Shown here: positions 9,020 through 17,718 of the stretch, piece by piece
How positions within the stretch are numbered: position 1 is the first letter of the stretch
Layout of the letters: every line of letters begins with the position of its first letter
Source: a virus
Taxonomy: Duplodnaviria > Caudoviricetes
DNA: 32,665 bases
Direction: 5' to 3' (one strand)
Virus record (IMG/VR): IMGVR_UViG_3300005077_000070
Location: 1 to 32,665 of that record
Program-made: the position numbers and the translations under genes
The notes under the pieces: model-generated
The model's database searches: none
What the model was told of the DNA's origin: nothing
The model's input: only the letters and a program-made list of their open reading frames with translations

Positions 9020-10066
9020 TCATCTCGTGCCTTGCCCATGACCAATTAACTGACGCATAGATGCTATACCAGTTACAGCAGCGCTGTGTTCTACACTTAG
9101 AATAGGAGCATTTGAACCGTCTGCATCTTGTCCGTTAAATTCATTAGTAGTGTCTGTTGCAATCGGATCATCTTCTGCATCATGCCCTTCCCTTAATCCA
9201 AATTTTGTAATTCCGGTTGTACTGACGTTACCCCTTCCTGTCGCGTTAAGTGTTAAGTCGTTATATGCCGTAGCCGACAAGACTCCGAAGTCTACAGATG
9301 TGGCTTGTTGTGTTGTGTCTATCTGGTCATAGTCCTCGACTACAAGCGCTGTGTTGGATGCTGGGGTAGTAGTATAAACATTAAGGTAATCTGTTCCGTC
9401 GTTATCTGTGTTTCCGACAGTTTCTATATACATTTGAAACTTAGTTCCTGCATCAATTGTGTCACTGTCAGTTAAAGAAGATGTGTCAAAGAGAGCGAAA
9501 AATCTATAAACGAGAAATCTTGTTCCAATTGACCTGCTTCTGACAGCAGAATTTCCATTTCCCAGAGTGTCATCTGCCGCCGAACCTGTGACTGCATCGT
9601 GGACATTGTCCCAAGTGGAACTACTCTGGTCATTTATCACACGCCCATCCACGGATGTACTTTCTGCGTCTGCATCCGGGTTGAATGTGTTCGTTGAACT
9701 CATAACTTGCGGTAGTTGTGCGTACAACAGACCTGTTTCGTGCATAAAATGAGGAATTACTAAATGTTTTTGATTCTGCTTTATTTTCTCCACATATTCC
9801 TGAGACAGATCTATGTCTGAAAGGGCTTGTCCAAAAACCTTTAAAAAAAGCGAGTTAGAATGAAAAATAGACCTTTTCCGTATCCGACCATTCTCAATCC
9901 CTTTAAACTGTGTAAAACCGTCTGGTGAAACTCTGACAACTGGGTATGGGTCTTTAGCTTGTTTAGCTCCAAACCGAGCAAGACAGTCTCTCCCAAAGCT
10001 AGTATTACAAAACGAAACCAACTCGTTTTGATACTTTTCAAACAGAGGTCTAATTTTATATTGCAT
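9020..10066 (-). CDS. Virion protein with a C-terminal DNRLRE/CBM-like beta-sandwich
   Basis: R.F..FDTSSL...P.L.V pattern; ATG at 10066 follows the upstream stop and is preferred over 10123. Confidence 0.45.
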   Translation of the reverse strand: MQYKIRPLFEKYQNELVSFCNTSFGRDCLARFGAKQAKDPYPVVRVSPDGFTQFKGIENGRIRKRSIFHSNSLFLKVFGQALSDIDLSQEYVEKIKQNQKHLVIPHFMHETGLLYAQLPQVMSSTNTFNPDADAESTSVDGRVINDQSSSTWDNVHDAVTGSAADDTLGNGNSAVRSRSIGTRFLVYRFFALFDTSSLTDSDTIDAGTKFQMYIETVGNTDNDGTDYLNVYTTTPASNTALVVEDYDQIDTTQQATSVDFGVLSATAYNDLTLNATGRGNVSTTGITKFGLREGHDAEDDPIATDTTNEFNGQDADGSNAPILSVEHSAAVTGIASMRQLIGHGQGTR

Positions 10067-10067
10067 A

Positions 10068-10310
10068 TTATACCCACCCAAGCCATCCACACACACTACA
10101 CCTAGCTCTTCTGAGTCCCGCAAACTCTGGGTGTGGATAAGAGGGATTAAATATCATCATCTCACCAGGGCACGGTTCGTTTGTTTTCTTACCATTTTTA
10201 ACAACGAAGTCAGTACAGGCTACTCCTGATCTTTTAGTAGGAACTGCTTTGACAGCCCCTTTTTCTTCGTGTATTTGTTCGTATGTCTTAAGTTTTGTCA
10301 TATTAATCAT
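10068..10310 (-). CDS. Small Cys-containing (possible Zn-binding) hypothetical protein
   Basis: Four Cys including RCSVCGW; overlaps the upstream gene stop. Confidence 0.55.
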   Translation of the reverse strand: MINMTKLKTYEQIHEEKGAVKAVPTKRSGVACTDFVVKNGKKTNEPCPGEMMIFNPSYPHPEFAGLRRARCSVCGWLGWV

Positions 10311-11973
10311 CTATTACAGTATAGGACACAAATCCATGAACATTTACTGCTGCTGTTAATTCTAAGTTTAACAAAGTCGCTGCAGAACCTACAAATAAAG
10401 GTACAATTCCACCCGCTGAAATTGAAAAACCTTCACGAGCTTGCAATGGAATTTGACCAGTAAAAGCAGTGCCACCAGCACCATCTTCAAACCTTACATC
10501 TGTTGTTCCGTCAGAAACAACTAAGATAGCCCAAACAGCTATCCGTTTACCTGCAGCTTGAGCTGCAACTATTGTATTATCACCTGAAGAAGCATCATTA
10601 ATGTCAGCGTAACTTGGGTCAAAATCACCCCTAACTCTTAAATAACCACTTCTATCAAATAAAGCATCTACTCTATCATTATCTGCAACTTCATCGGGTT
10701 GAGCTTCAGATGATTGTGCTCTGCCGCCAATTTTAACAGGTTCACCTGCATCAGCCCCGTCATGCGCCACATCACCTGAGACAGAAGCCCCGTCACTTGC
10801 GGCATTATCCCAATCATCCATAATTTGAACTGCAGTAACTATATTTCCGGTATCAGCGTCAATCGTTCCAAGAAAATTATTACATTCATCATCTGTTGCA
10901 ATAGTAACTCTTAAAGTTTGTGCATTAAGAACTCCAGCATTTGTTGCCACATCCGTTCCGGCAGCATTTAAGTTTACATTTAAGTAATTTCCGTCTACGG
11001 AATTATCAAGATTACCAAGAGAAGTTGCCATGTTACCAGTGTCTGTATCAATGGTTCCTAATTTTGCAACTGCGGGATCATCAGATGCTAAGGTTACCCT
11101 TTGTACACCTGCTGCAACAGCACCTGCACCGCCTACAATATCAGTGCCTGCAATATTTGCGTTTACATTTAGATAATTACCATCAACTGCATTGTCTAAA
11201 TTACCAAGCGAAGTTGCTATATTTCCTGTATCAGTATCAATAGTTCCAAGAAGTGCTACCGCCGGATCGTTAGAAGCAAGTGTTACTCTCGGAGTTCCTG
11301 CTGCTACCGCCCCGGCACCTGCAGTTACATCTGTTCCCGCCAGATTAATATTAACATTGGCGTAGTTAGTATCATCCCAATCGTCTAAGACTGATAAAGA
11401 GGCTGCAATATCGTCTAGTACTGCATTATCAGTTGCTGAAAGGTTAGCGGTTACAGTTCCTGACACGGGCTGTGTTACGCCTGATCCGTCCACTGTTACA
11501 GTTCCTGAAGGAATTACCCACAAAGCCCCCGTTGCATCTACTCTTAATCCGACAGCATCACCCTCGGCCGGGGTAAGGGCAGAAAGTGCATCGTCTCTAA
11601 TACCAATTGACAACGTGCCTGTAGGTGTTGCGCCAAGAGCCGCATCAACTGCATATTGTGTACCTCCTCCTATACCAACGTCATCAGATGCAATGTTTAT
11701 ATTGAGATAATTTGAACCATCAACTGTTAAGGCTTTTAAAGTATTTGCGGCACCTTCGGCCATCATTGCAGTTCCTGTTATTGTTGCGTCTGTGTCACCT
11801 TCTGTATACTGAGTGCCTCCACCAATTCCTACATCATCTCCTACAATGTGTATATGAAGCCCGTCGCTTGTAGCATCTTTTACTAAGTCTTCAACCGCAC
11901 CGGAAACACTGTCAACCGCCCCTATTGATGTTTTTGTATTTTCGTCTCTTGTTAAGCTACTAATGGTAAGCAC
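10303..11973 (-). CDS. Fibre-like virion protein with internal repeats (start codon uncertain)
   Basis: 556 aa acidic, Gly/Ala/Asp/Thr-rich, three ~63 aa repeats. Confidence 0.6.
   Translation of the reverse strand: MLTISSLTRDENTKTSIGAVDSVSGAVEDLVKDATSDGLHIHIVGDDVGIGGGTQYTEGDTDATITGTAMMAEGAANTLKALTVDGSNYLNINIASDDVGIGGGTQYAVDAALGATPTGTLSIGIRDDALSALTPAEGDAVGLRVDATGALWVIPSGTVTVDGSGVTQPVSGTVTANLSATDNAVLDDIAASLSVLDDWDDTNYANVNINLAGTDVTAGAGAVAAGTPRVTLASNDPAVALLGTIDTDTGNIATSLGNLDNAVDGNYLNVNANIAGTDIVGGAGAVAAGVQRVTLASDDPAVAKLGTIDTDTGNMATSLGNLDNSVDGNYLNVNLNAAGTDVATNAGVLNAQTLRVTIATDDECNNFLGTIDADTGNIVTAVQIMDDWDNAASDGASVSGDVAHDGADAGEPVKIGGRAQSSEAQPDEVADNDRVDALFDRSGYLRVRGDFDPSYADINDASSGDNTIVAAQAAGKRIAVWAILVVSDGTTDVRFEDGAGGTAFTGQIPLQAREGFSISAGGIVPLFVGSAATLLNLELTAAVNVHGFVSYTVIDD
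10801..11367 (-). repeat. Three degenerate ~189 nt (63 aa) coding repeats
   Basis: NYxNVNxNxAGTD...RVTxAxDD....LGTIDxDTGN repeated three times. Confidence 0.8.
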
Positions 11974-11983
11974 CTCCCTTTCA

Positions 11984-12041
11984 TAAACAAATAAAACCCC
12001 GCCGTGTAAGCGGAGTTTATCTCCTAATCTTTATTATACCA
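11984..12041 (-). promoter_or_regulatory. Extended -10 promoter plus AGGAG-hairpin-U-tract leader (copy 3)
   Basis: TGGTATAAT-7nt-AGGAGATAAACTCCGCTTACACGGCGGGGTTTTATTTGTTT-ATG. Confidence 0.65.
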
Positions 12042-12042
12042 T

Positions 12043-12564
12043 TTAACCCAAGTACTTTTGTATCTTGGCGCGGTCTGCTTCAAGCTTCTTTTCTTTGTTA
12101 TCAAGGATTATTTTTTTATCTTTCAGCTTCGCACTCTGTGAGCGTATAAATTTCATCTGTTCTTCAACTTCTGCCTTGTTTTCGGCAATTTTTACCTCAA
12201 GTTCTTTTTCTTTTATTTTAATTTCGTTTTCACGAAGTTCCAACTTTGCAACGTCAATTTTTTTATTTTCCAGTTGTTTTTTCATTTCTTCAAGTTTTAT
12301 GGCAACCACTCTGTTTTGATTATCTTTATCAGTAACAAGCGTTTTTTCTTTTTCCAACTCCTGACGTTCCTGTTGGAGTTGTTTTACTTTTTTATTGATT
12401 TCTATTTCCTTTTGTAAAAAATCTTTTGAAATCTTTTGTGAAGTTTCACTGTCGCTTTTTGCCTGGTTTTCCATTTTCTCCACGTTGGATATGTAGTCGG
12501 CAAGTGTGTCAAGGTCGTTAGAAATACTTAACAGTTTTTGTTTTAAATCAGATATATTAAACAT
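12043..12564 (-). CDS. Coiled-coil hypothetical protein
   Basis: Lys/Glu-rich heptads; GGAGG SD upstream. Confidence 0.7.
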   Translation of the reverse strand: MFNISDLKQKLLSISNDLDTLADYISNVEKMENQAKSDSETSQKISKDFLQKEIEINKKVKQLQQERQELEKEKTLVTDKDNQNRVVAIKLEEMKKQLENKKIDVAKLELRENEIKIKEKELEVKIAENKAEVEEQMKFIRSQSAKLKDKKIILDNKEKKLEADRAKIQKYLG

Positions 12565-12790
12565 TCATGTCCTCCACTTCTTTTCGGATTTTTTGTTTTG
12601 CCATTTCGATATCTTTACCTACGGGCCAATGCTCGTTTAAAACCTCATCAACTATAAAATCAACAATAAAACTTTTGTATTTTTTAGGCACTCTCGTGAT
12701 CTGAAGAGCGGGGATAGTAAAAGAGACCAGACCGCCACCGTAGCTTATTTTTAAGTCTTTATTTAACGGATTGAAGATTGGTACTTTCAT
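12557..12790 (-). CDS. Hypothetical protein
   Basis: 77 aa, coupled to both neighbours; IFNPL start resembles VYNPL in 12963..13685. Confidence 0.6.
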   Translation of the reverse strand: MKVPIFNPLNKDLKISYGGGLVSFTIPALQITRVPKKYKSFIVDFIVDEVLNEHWPVGKDIEMAKQKIRKEVEDMNV

Positions 12791-12966
12791 TCATTTTCTC
12801 TTTCCTCTTCCTTTGCAAGCAACAGTTTAACAATTTCCAATATATGTTTACTTGTAATCCTACCTTCAACCTGAAGGGTTTGAAATGCCTCATCCCATTT
12901 AGCCATACCTTTATCGTCTGTCAGAATAGAAAATCCCAATATTTTAGATACGTCCTGTCTTATCAT
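12787..12966 (-). CDS. 59 aa hypothetical protein (missed by the ORF track)
   Basis: MIRQDVSKILGFSILTDDKGMAKWDEAFQTLQVEGRITSKHILEIVKLLLAKEEERENE*; ATGA overlaps at both ends. Confidence 0.7.
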   Translation of the reverse strand: MIRQDVSKILGFSILTDDKGMAKWDEAFQTLQVEGRITSKHILEIVKLLLAKEEERENE

Positions 12967-13685
12967 TGACTTACCTCCATTGCTGCAGCCTGTTTTTTGG
13001 CGTCTATGTTTTCTTCCGTATTTTCGTCTTTTTTGTTAACCACACTATCTTTCCTATGGCTTCTTTTATGCCCTATCAATCCTATTTTTTCTTTGGCTAC
13101 AAAGTCACATCCGGGAAAGTCGCAAGCGTATCCGTTTACAGCGGGTCTTACATTTGAAATTGTGGGGGATATGCCATTGTCTTTTTCACTCTGTACTGTC
13201 TCCATAGCCTGTTCAAATGCGGGTCTTGGATCCTTTTTATTCTCCTGTTGTGGGGTTTGTCTGTCTATACCAAATTCAGTCTCAACACCCATATAAAGAA
13301 TTGATAGTATTTCTCTGGCGCGATCATCATTTCCGATATAAAACTTGCTTTCAAACTGTTCCTGTTCGCCAGTTTTTAAAGTCTTATCCATTACAGCCAT
13401 TCCGGATTTGACCCTTCTTTCGTTCTCTTTTTTGACAGCATCCATAGCGTCAGTTATGACAATTTTGTCAAACATTTCACGCAGGTATTTTTCTGCAATG
13501 TAGCGGGGAAATACAGCCTCTTCTTTTGAAGGAACTCTGAATAACTTAGTTCCGTTTTTCTTGTCCCATTCTATAATGTAATCTTCAGTCAGGGGATTAT
13601 AAACACGGAGTAAGTCGTTGGATCTTCTTTCCAACTCCTGTTGGTAACTTGATTTTTTCTTGTCCGGTTGTGGCGTCATTGGCAT
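12963..13685 (-). CDS. Hypothetical protein with a C2H2 zinc finger
   Basis: YACDFPGCDFVAKEKIGLIGHKRSH = C-x4-C-x12-H-x3-H. Confidence 0.7.
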   Translation of the reverse strand: MPMTPQPDKKKSSYQQELERRSNDLLRVYNPLTEDYIIEWDKKNGTKLFRVPSKEEAVFPRYIAEKYLREMFDKIVITDAMDAVKKENERRVKSGMAVMDKTLKTGEQEQFESKFYIGNDDRAREILSILYMGVETEFGIDRQTPQQENKKDPRPAFEQAMETVQSEKDNGISPTISNVRPAVNGYACDFPGCDFVAKEKIGLIGHKRSHRKDSVVNKKDENTEENIDAKKQAAAMEVSQ

Positions 13686-13686
13686 T

Positions 13687-13974
13687 TTATTTAACTATAT
13701 CTACATCTGTTTTACCATTTTCATTAAGTGTGGTAGGCACGGGATTATTTATTTCATCAAGGTAAAAAACTCTGATTCGAGGCTTTTTAATAACTGTATA
13801 TACCTGATCTTTAATATCAGTACTTAATGTGGCAATTTCATCCGCAACCAAAACAATTTTACTTGCGCGTATAAAAGAAAGCAGTAGATCCTGGGCGGGG
13901 ACTCTTGGGGGTGTATTGGAACCGGGTTTTACTTCTTTGTCTGTCTGGGGTAATTTCCCCTTTGTTTTTGACAT
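13687..13974 (-). CDS. Hypothetical protein (leaderless start)
   Basis: ATG at 13974 lies 6 nt downstream of TGTTATAAT; the 13992 start overlaps the promoter. Confidence 0.65.
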   Translation of the reverse strand: MSKTKGKLPQTDKEVKPGSNTPPRVPAQDLLLSFIRASKIVLVADEIATLSTDIKDQVYTVIKKPRIRVFYLDEINNPVPTTLNENGKTDVDIVK

Positions 13975-14278
13975 AATATTATTATAACACAAATACTAAA
14001 CTGCAACCATACTTACTGTCAATGGTGGAATATGTTTAACTAAATTAAAGTACAGGTAGTCGTTTGCTCAAGCTTGTAGGTTGGGGAAACTCGCTCCATT
14101 GAGTAGTAATAGCTTCGTATAACGTCTTTTTATCTCTCGATGTATTTGCTCCAGAAGCTAACCCTTTAGTTGTTCCCCAATATTCCTCATCCATTCTCCC
14201 GCCGGTAATTGAGGATCCTGCGCCCGTCAAATGCCATCCCTGACGGGTTGCATCGTCCCAATCCCACTTCCGAAGCTG

Positions 14279-15826
14279 TTAAAGGGTTAATCTGTTGCTG
14301 GCGACTGTTCTGTTAGAAGATATGTTCCTAAGAGGAAGTAGTGAATCTATTTCGCTAAACTTCACCACCTCTAATCTTCCTGCGTCAACCAAATCTTTAA
14401 TGTAGTTGATAATTTCAGTAGCGTTTGTTAAGTTATAGTTATAAGAAGTAGATGAGGACTCAATAATGCTATGAGAAACAATTACTCCAATTCCACCTGT
14501 ACTGATTAGGTTACCGATAGATGTCTTTATAGCTGTGACCGAGTTAGAACTGCTAAAATACAGGTTTTTACCTGCGTGAACCTTTAAAGGGTTGTTAATT
14601 ACTAGACACTCTGTATTTTGTTCATGGGTTACCCTGGCGAGGCGGAATCTACTAGCCACATTAGTATATGGGAATGAGTTGCTATCTTTGCCAAACTCAC
14701 CGTTAGGATAGGCGACAACATCCAAATCAGAATCAACTCCTACAGTATCTCTGAAGTAATCTATCTGTGAATCAATATATGCTCCCAAAGTAGAACTAGT
14801 ATAACTACCAAACCCTACCGAATTTACCGTGACCGTTGCTCCTGCCGATTCATTTGTTACCGTTTCAGACACTACTAGTACTCCAGCAGTAGCACTTACT
14901 ATTGTGTATTTACCATTGTTTTTTGTTGAACCCGTTACTAAGGCGTATTGTCCCGCGACAAACCCTGCTGTCACAAACCCATTCCCGCTGTCGCGTATTT
15001 CTTTTGAAGCTGCATCAAAAGAGATGGTAGTGCCAGTTTTATTTACATTCCCAGATTCTCCATGTATTCCAATCTCGAACCCATCAGATTCTAGCTGAAG
15101 AATATCTGCGTGATTCATATAGTCTGTACTTCCGGCTTGACCAGTTATCACATTCTCTTTTGAAGGAAAAGCCGTACCAACTAGACCTAATGGCTTCATA
15201 ACTGAGTGCATAAAGTTATATCCAGACTTTGTGCCGTCATCGTTCGTAAATACTATATATGCCCTCTTTGTTTTTTGTTTGTAGTAGGAAAGTTCGGCAA
15301 AGTTTACTGTTATCGGAGTTCCATAATCAGATACTTCAAATCTTATTCCCCTGATGTTGCCTTCTGCTAACTGACTGTTCATTGACTGATGTACCGTTCC
15401 TCTGAATACTTCGTATTCATTGTTGAAGCCCCACTTGTTTCCAGTTGATTCAAAAGTTATCTGGTAATAATTAGGAGTGGTTGTTGCTGGTCCAATAAAT
15501 AAATCTAAGTAGATTCTGGATATTTTGTTAATGTCGTTTACTTTTGCAATCAGCTCAAATATTATGTGGTCTTTTACAAAATCAAAACTTATTGGAGTTG
15601 CCAAAGACTTGATGGCGTAATCTCTTACGCTCGTTCCAGTACCAGATGTAACTAACTTTAGTGTGTTTCTGCCTTCGTACTTGTCAGAAGTGTCAACTGA
15701 CCAAGTTCCAAGAGGACTGCCCGAACCAGATTTAGTCCATCCATCGGCAGCAAAAGTGTCTATAACTGTTTTATCTTCAAGAGAAAAAGTAAGCTGTTTT
15801 CGGTTTGTAGCCGACACCCTGCTCAT
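14279..15826 (-). CDS. Multidomain protein with a NodB/CE4 polysaccharide deacetylase domain
   Basis: IVFTNDDG, FEIGIHG, AYPNG, IVSH motifs; N-terminal carbohydrate-binding-like sandwich. Confidence 0.7.
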   Translation of the reverse strand: MSRVSATNRKQLTFSLEDKTVIDTFAADGWTKSGSGSPLGTWSVDTSDKYEGRNTLKLVTSGTGTSVRDYAIKSLATPISFDFVKDHIIFELIAKVNDINKISRIYLDLFIGPATTTPNYYQITFESTGNKWGFNNEYEVFRGTVHQSMNSQLAEGNIRGIRFEVSDYGTPITVNFAELSYYKQKTKRAYIVFTNDDGTKSGYNFMHSVMKPLGLVGTAFPSKENVITGQAGSTDYMNHADILQLESDGFEIGIHGESGNVNKTGTTISFDAASKEIRDSGNGFVTAGFVAGQYALVTGSTKNNGKYTIVSATAGVLVVSETVTNESAGATVTVNSVGFGSYTSSTLGAYIDSQIDYFRDTVGVDSDLDVVAYPNGEFGKDSNSFPYTNVASRFRLARVTHEQNTECLVINNPLKVHAGKNLYFSSSNSVTAIKTSIGNLISTGGIGVIVSHSIIESSSTSYNYNLTNATEIINYIKDLVDAGRLEVVKFSEIDSLLPLRNISSNRTVASNRLTL

Positions 15827-16422
15827 TAGATAGCCCTCCAGAATATAGCAATCTTTCCTGTTGCTGAATTATCCGATTCCACAGTAATGTTTGTGGCAAA
15901 AATAGCGTTATGGCAATTTTCATTATAATTAGCTGCTGTTGAAGCCGCTATTGTAATCATAGTAGTTGAACTGTCTTTTATTAAAGCTGCGTGAGCCGAC
16001 ATTGCTGTATCTACTCTAAAACCTACTAAGTAGGCAGGTGAAGCAGTTACAACAACATCTGCATCTGTTGCCAAATCAACAATGGTTACATTACATCCAA
16101 CAGGATAATTAGTTACTGAATCGTCTGTTTTATTAAGACCTGTAGCAAGAGTTGTTTTTATATTTCCATTTACATCACTTTGTAACACTGTGGCATCACC
16201 ATCTGCATAAGTTGTTGCCGAAGAACGATATTCACCACCAACAGGAAGAATCGAAGGTGTTGCTGGCATAGCAGAATCATCAATCGCATAACCCAAGGAA
16301 CCACCTGGAGAAAAAATTACACGACCTGAAGAATCCAAACCCAAAGCTGCACCTTCTTCATCATCCAAGGTAATAGCAGAAGAATTATATATTCCTGGTA
16401 GTCCGTGTTTTACTCTAGCCAT
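15826..16422 (-). CDS. Putative virion structural protein
   Basis: 198 aa beta-rich ORF among head accessory genes. Confidence 0.5.
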   Translation of the reverse strand: MARVKHGLPGIYNSSAITLDDEEGAALGLDSSGRVIFSPGGSLGYAIDDSAMPATPSILPVGGEYRSSATTYADGDATVLQSDVNGNIKTTLATGLNKTDDSVTNYPVGCNVTIVDLATDADVVVTASPAYLVGFRVDTAMSAHAALIKDSSTTMITIAASTAANYNENCHNAIFATNITVESDNSATGKIAIFWRAI

Positions 16423-16478
16423 GTTTGTTATTTCATTCAGCTTGCAACTTTTCGCTGAATAGTATAGATATTATACCA
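16423..16478 (-). promoter_or_regulatory. Extended -10 promoter with a 5' hairpin leader lacking a U-tract
   Basis: TGGTATAAT at 16470-16478; ATTCAGC/GCTGAAT stem at 16435-16460. Confidence 0.5.
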
Positions 16479-16561
16479 CATTTCCATAACATATGCTAAA
16501 AATGTGTAAAAGTTAGGCACAAAACTACGTAGAATTGATTTTAAGGGGGGTTTAGTAAATA

Positions 16562-17530
16562 TTAGGCGTTATTTATAGCAAGTCCAGTGTAAGCTCCGGC
16601 GTCTTGTGCTTCATATGATGGGAACCACATCTTATTGGATGCGGATGCTTCCCAATCATCAAAACCAACAGCCAAGTTAGTTCCCTCCATAATAATGTCT
16701 GAGGTTGAAGTATCGGCAGAATTATTAAACACTGCCGCTGTTTTGTCTGTATGATTTGTCCAAAATGAGTAAAAAGTACAATTTTTAAATCTAAGTTCTC
16801 TATCAACAGCGTTTGTTCCTGTTAACAAAACATGGACTGGTGTATTCGCTGTATCATTGTGCATTGTAAAATAACAATCTTCAAACATATTCCTCGATGC
16901 AGCGGATTCAAGCTCAAGAGTGGCGTTTGCTGCACCCCTTGTCATAGTATTTGATCCAAGAGTACAACCTCCAAAGTAATTTTCTTGACCTCCATTAATA
17001 TTTAATGCCCTCCAAGGTGTAGAATCTGCACTTGTAGCATTATAAGTACCTTTGAAGTTTACATTATAAAAACCATTATATGATCCTGTAACTGAAACTG
17101 ACTCATCAATATCTGCAGAACTTGTAAAGGTAAGATTTTTAAAGATACAACCGTTTTCAGAAATGGTTAAACTACCTCCAGTTCCAAAGCTAATTCCAGC
17201 TCGTGTATTTTCAGCTAAAGGTGCAGCTGAACCCATTAAGTGAGTAAATCTTTTTGCCCAAGTTATAGCTGTGGTTTCGGCGGTTCTTCCTGTTCCACCT
17301 GTCGGGGCAACAACAACAACGTCATGTTGTCCGCTAGTACATGCCGCGTAAGCTACAGCTATCGTTTTAAAAGCGTCATTTTGTGAAGTTCCGCTATTTG
17401 CAGTATCACTCCCAGAATTTGGATCTACATAAAAGATATTACCTACATGAGGCAATCCAATCATTCCAGCAATATCCTCTGGATACCACTTATATTTTTT
17501 AACTCCTGGATAATAATCGTGTGCTTTCAT
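16562..17530 (-). CDS. Pectin-lyase-like beta-helix virion protein (head fibre/spike)
   Basis: FYVDP..GSD..NSG.S...AFKTI..A cap motif followed by N/C-ladder beta-helix repeats. Confidence 0.65.
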   Translation of the reverse strand: MKAHDYYPGVKKYKWYPEDIAGMIGLPHVGNIFYVDPNSGSDTANSGTSQNDAFKTIAVAYAACTSGQHDVVVVAPTGGTGRTAETTAITWAKRFTHLMGSAAPLAENTRAGISFGTGGSLTISENGCIFKNLTFTSSADIDESVSVTGSYNGFYNVNFKGTYNATSADSTPWRALNINGGQENYFGGCTLGSNTMTRGAANATLELESAASRNMFEDCYFTMHNDTANTPVHVLLTGTNAVDRELRFKNCTFYSFWTNHTDKTAAVFNNSADTSTSDIIMEGTNLAVGFDDWEASASNKMWFPSYEAQDAGAYTGLAINNA

Positions 17531-17533
17531 TTT

Positions 17534-17647
17534 TTATTTTACTTTCTTTTGACCTGCGTCTCTTTCGGCTCTTTCCTCAGCGTCATTAATAACAGCTAAA
17601 ACAGCCTTAACTTTTTTTATTTTTTTATCTTTTATAGTTTTCTTCAT
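17534..17647 (-). CDS. 37 aa Lys-rich peptide
   Basis: Manual translation MKKTIKDKKIKKVKAVLAVINDAEERAERDAGQKKVK*; fills the gap between the attenuator-like element and the next gene. Confidence 0.5.
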   Translation of the reverse strand: MKKTIKDKKIKKVKAVLAVINDAEERAERDAGQKKVK

Positions 17648-17649
17648 TT

Positions 17650-17705
17650 AAAAAAATCCCTCGTAAGGGATTAATCCTTACGAACCGCTAAAAAGTCGTG
17701 TTCGT
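17650..17705 (-). terminator. Intrinsic terminator with overlapping antiterminator (attenuator-like)
   Basis: AAUCCCU-UACG-AGGGAUUUUUUU; competing stem UCGUAAGG/CCUUACGA; upstream stem ACGAAC/GUUCGU. Confidence 0.6.
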
Positions 17706-17718
17706 TATTTTCAAATAT

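Noticed and set aside
10064-10076. Leaderless promoter for the 10066 start
   Set aside because: TATAAT abuts the ATG with no spacer and includes the upstream stop codon, so the geometry does not fit
4321-11973. Diversity-generating retroelement or CRISPR array behind the repeats
   Set aside because: Repeats are degenerate protein-level duplications; no reverse transcriptase, adenine-specific TR/VR pair or spaced identical repeats seen
14045-14230. 61 aa TTG-start ORF as an independent gene
   Set aside because: No SD or promoter; the frame is open back to the upstream stop, so it is treated as a remnant or readthrough candidate
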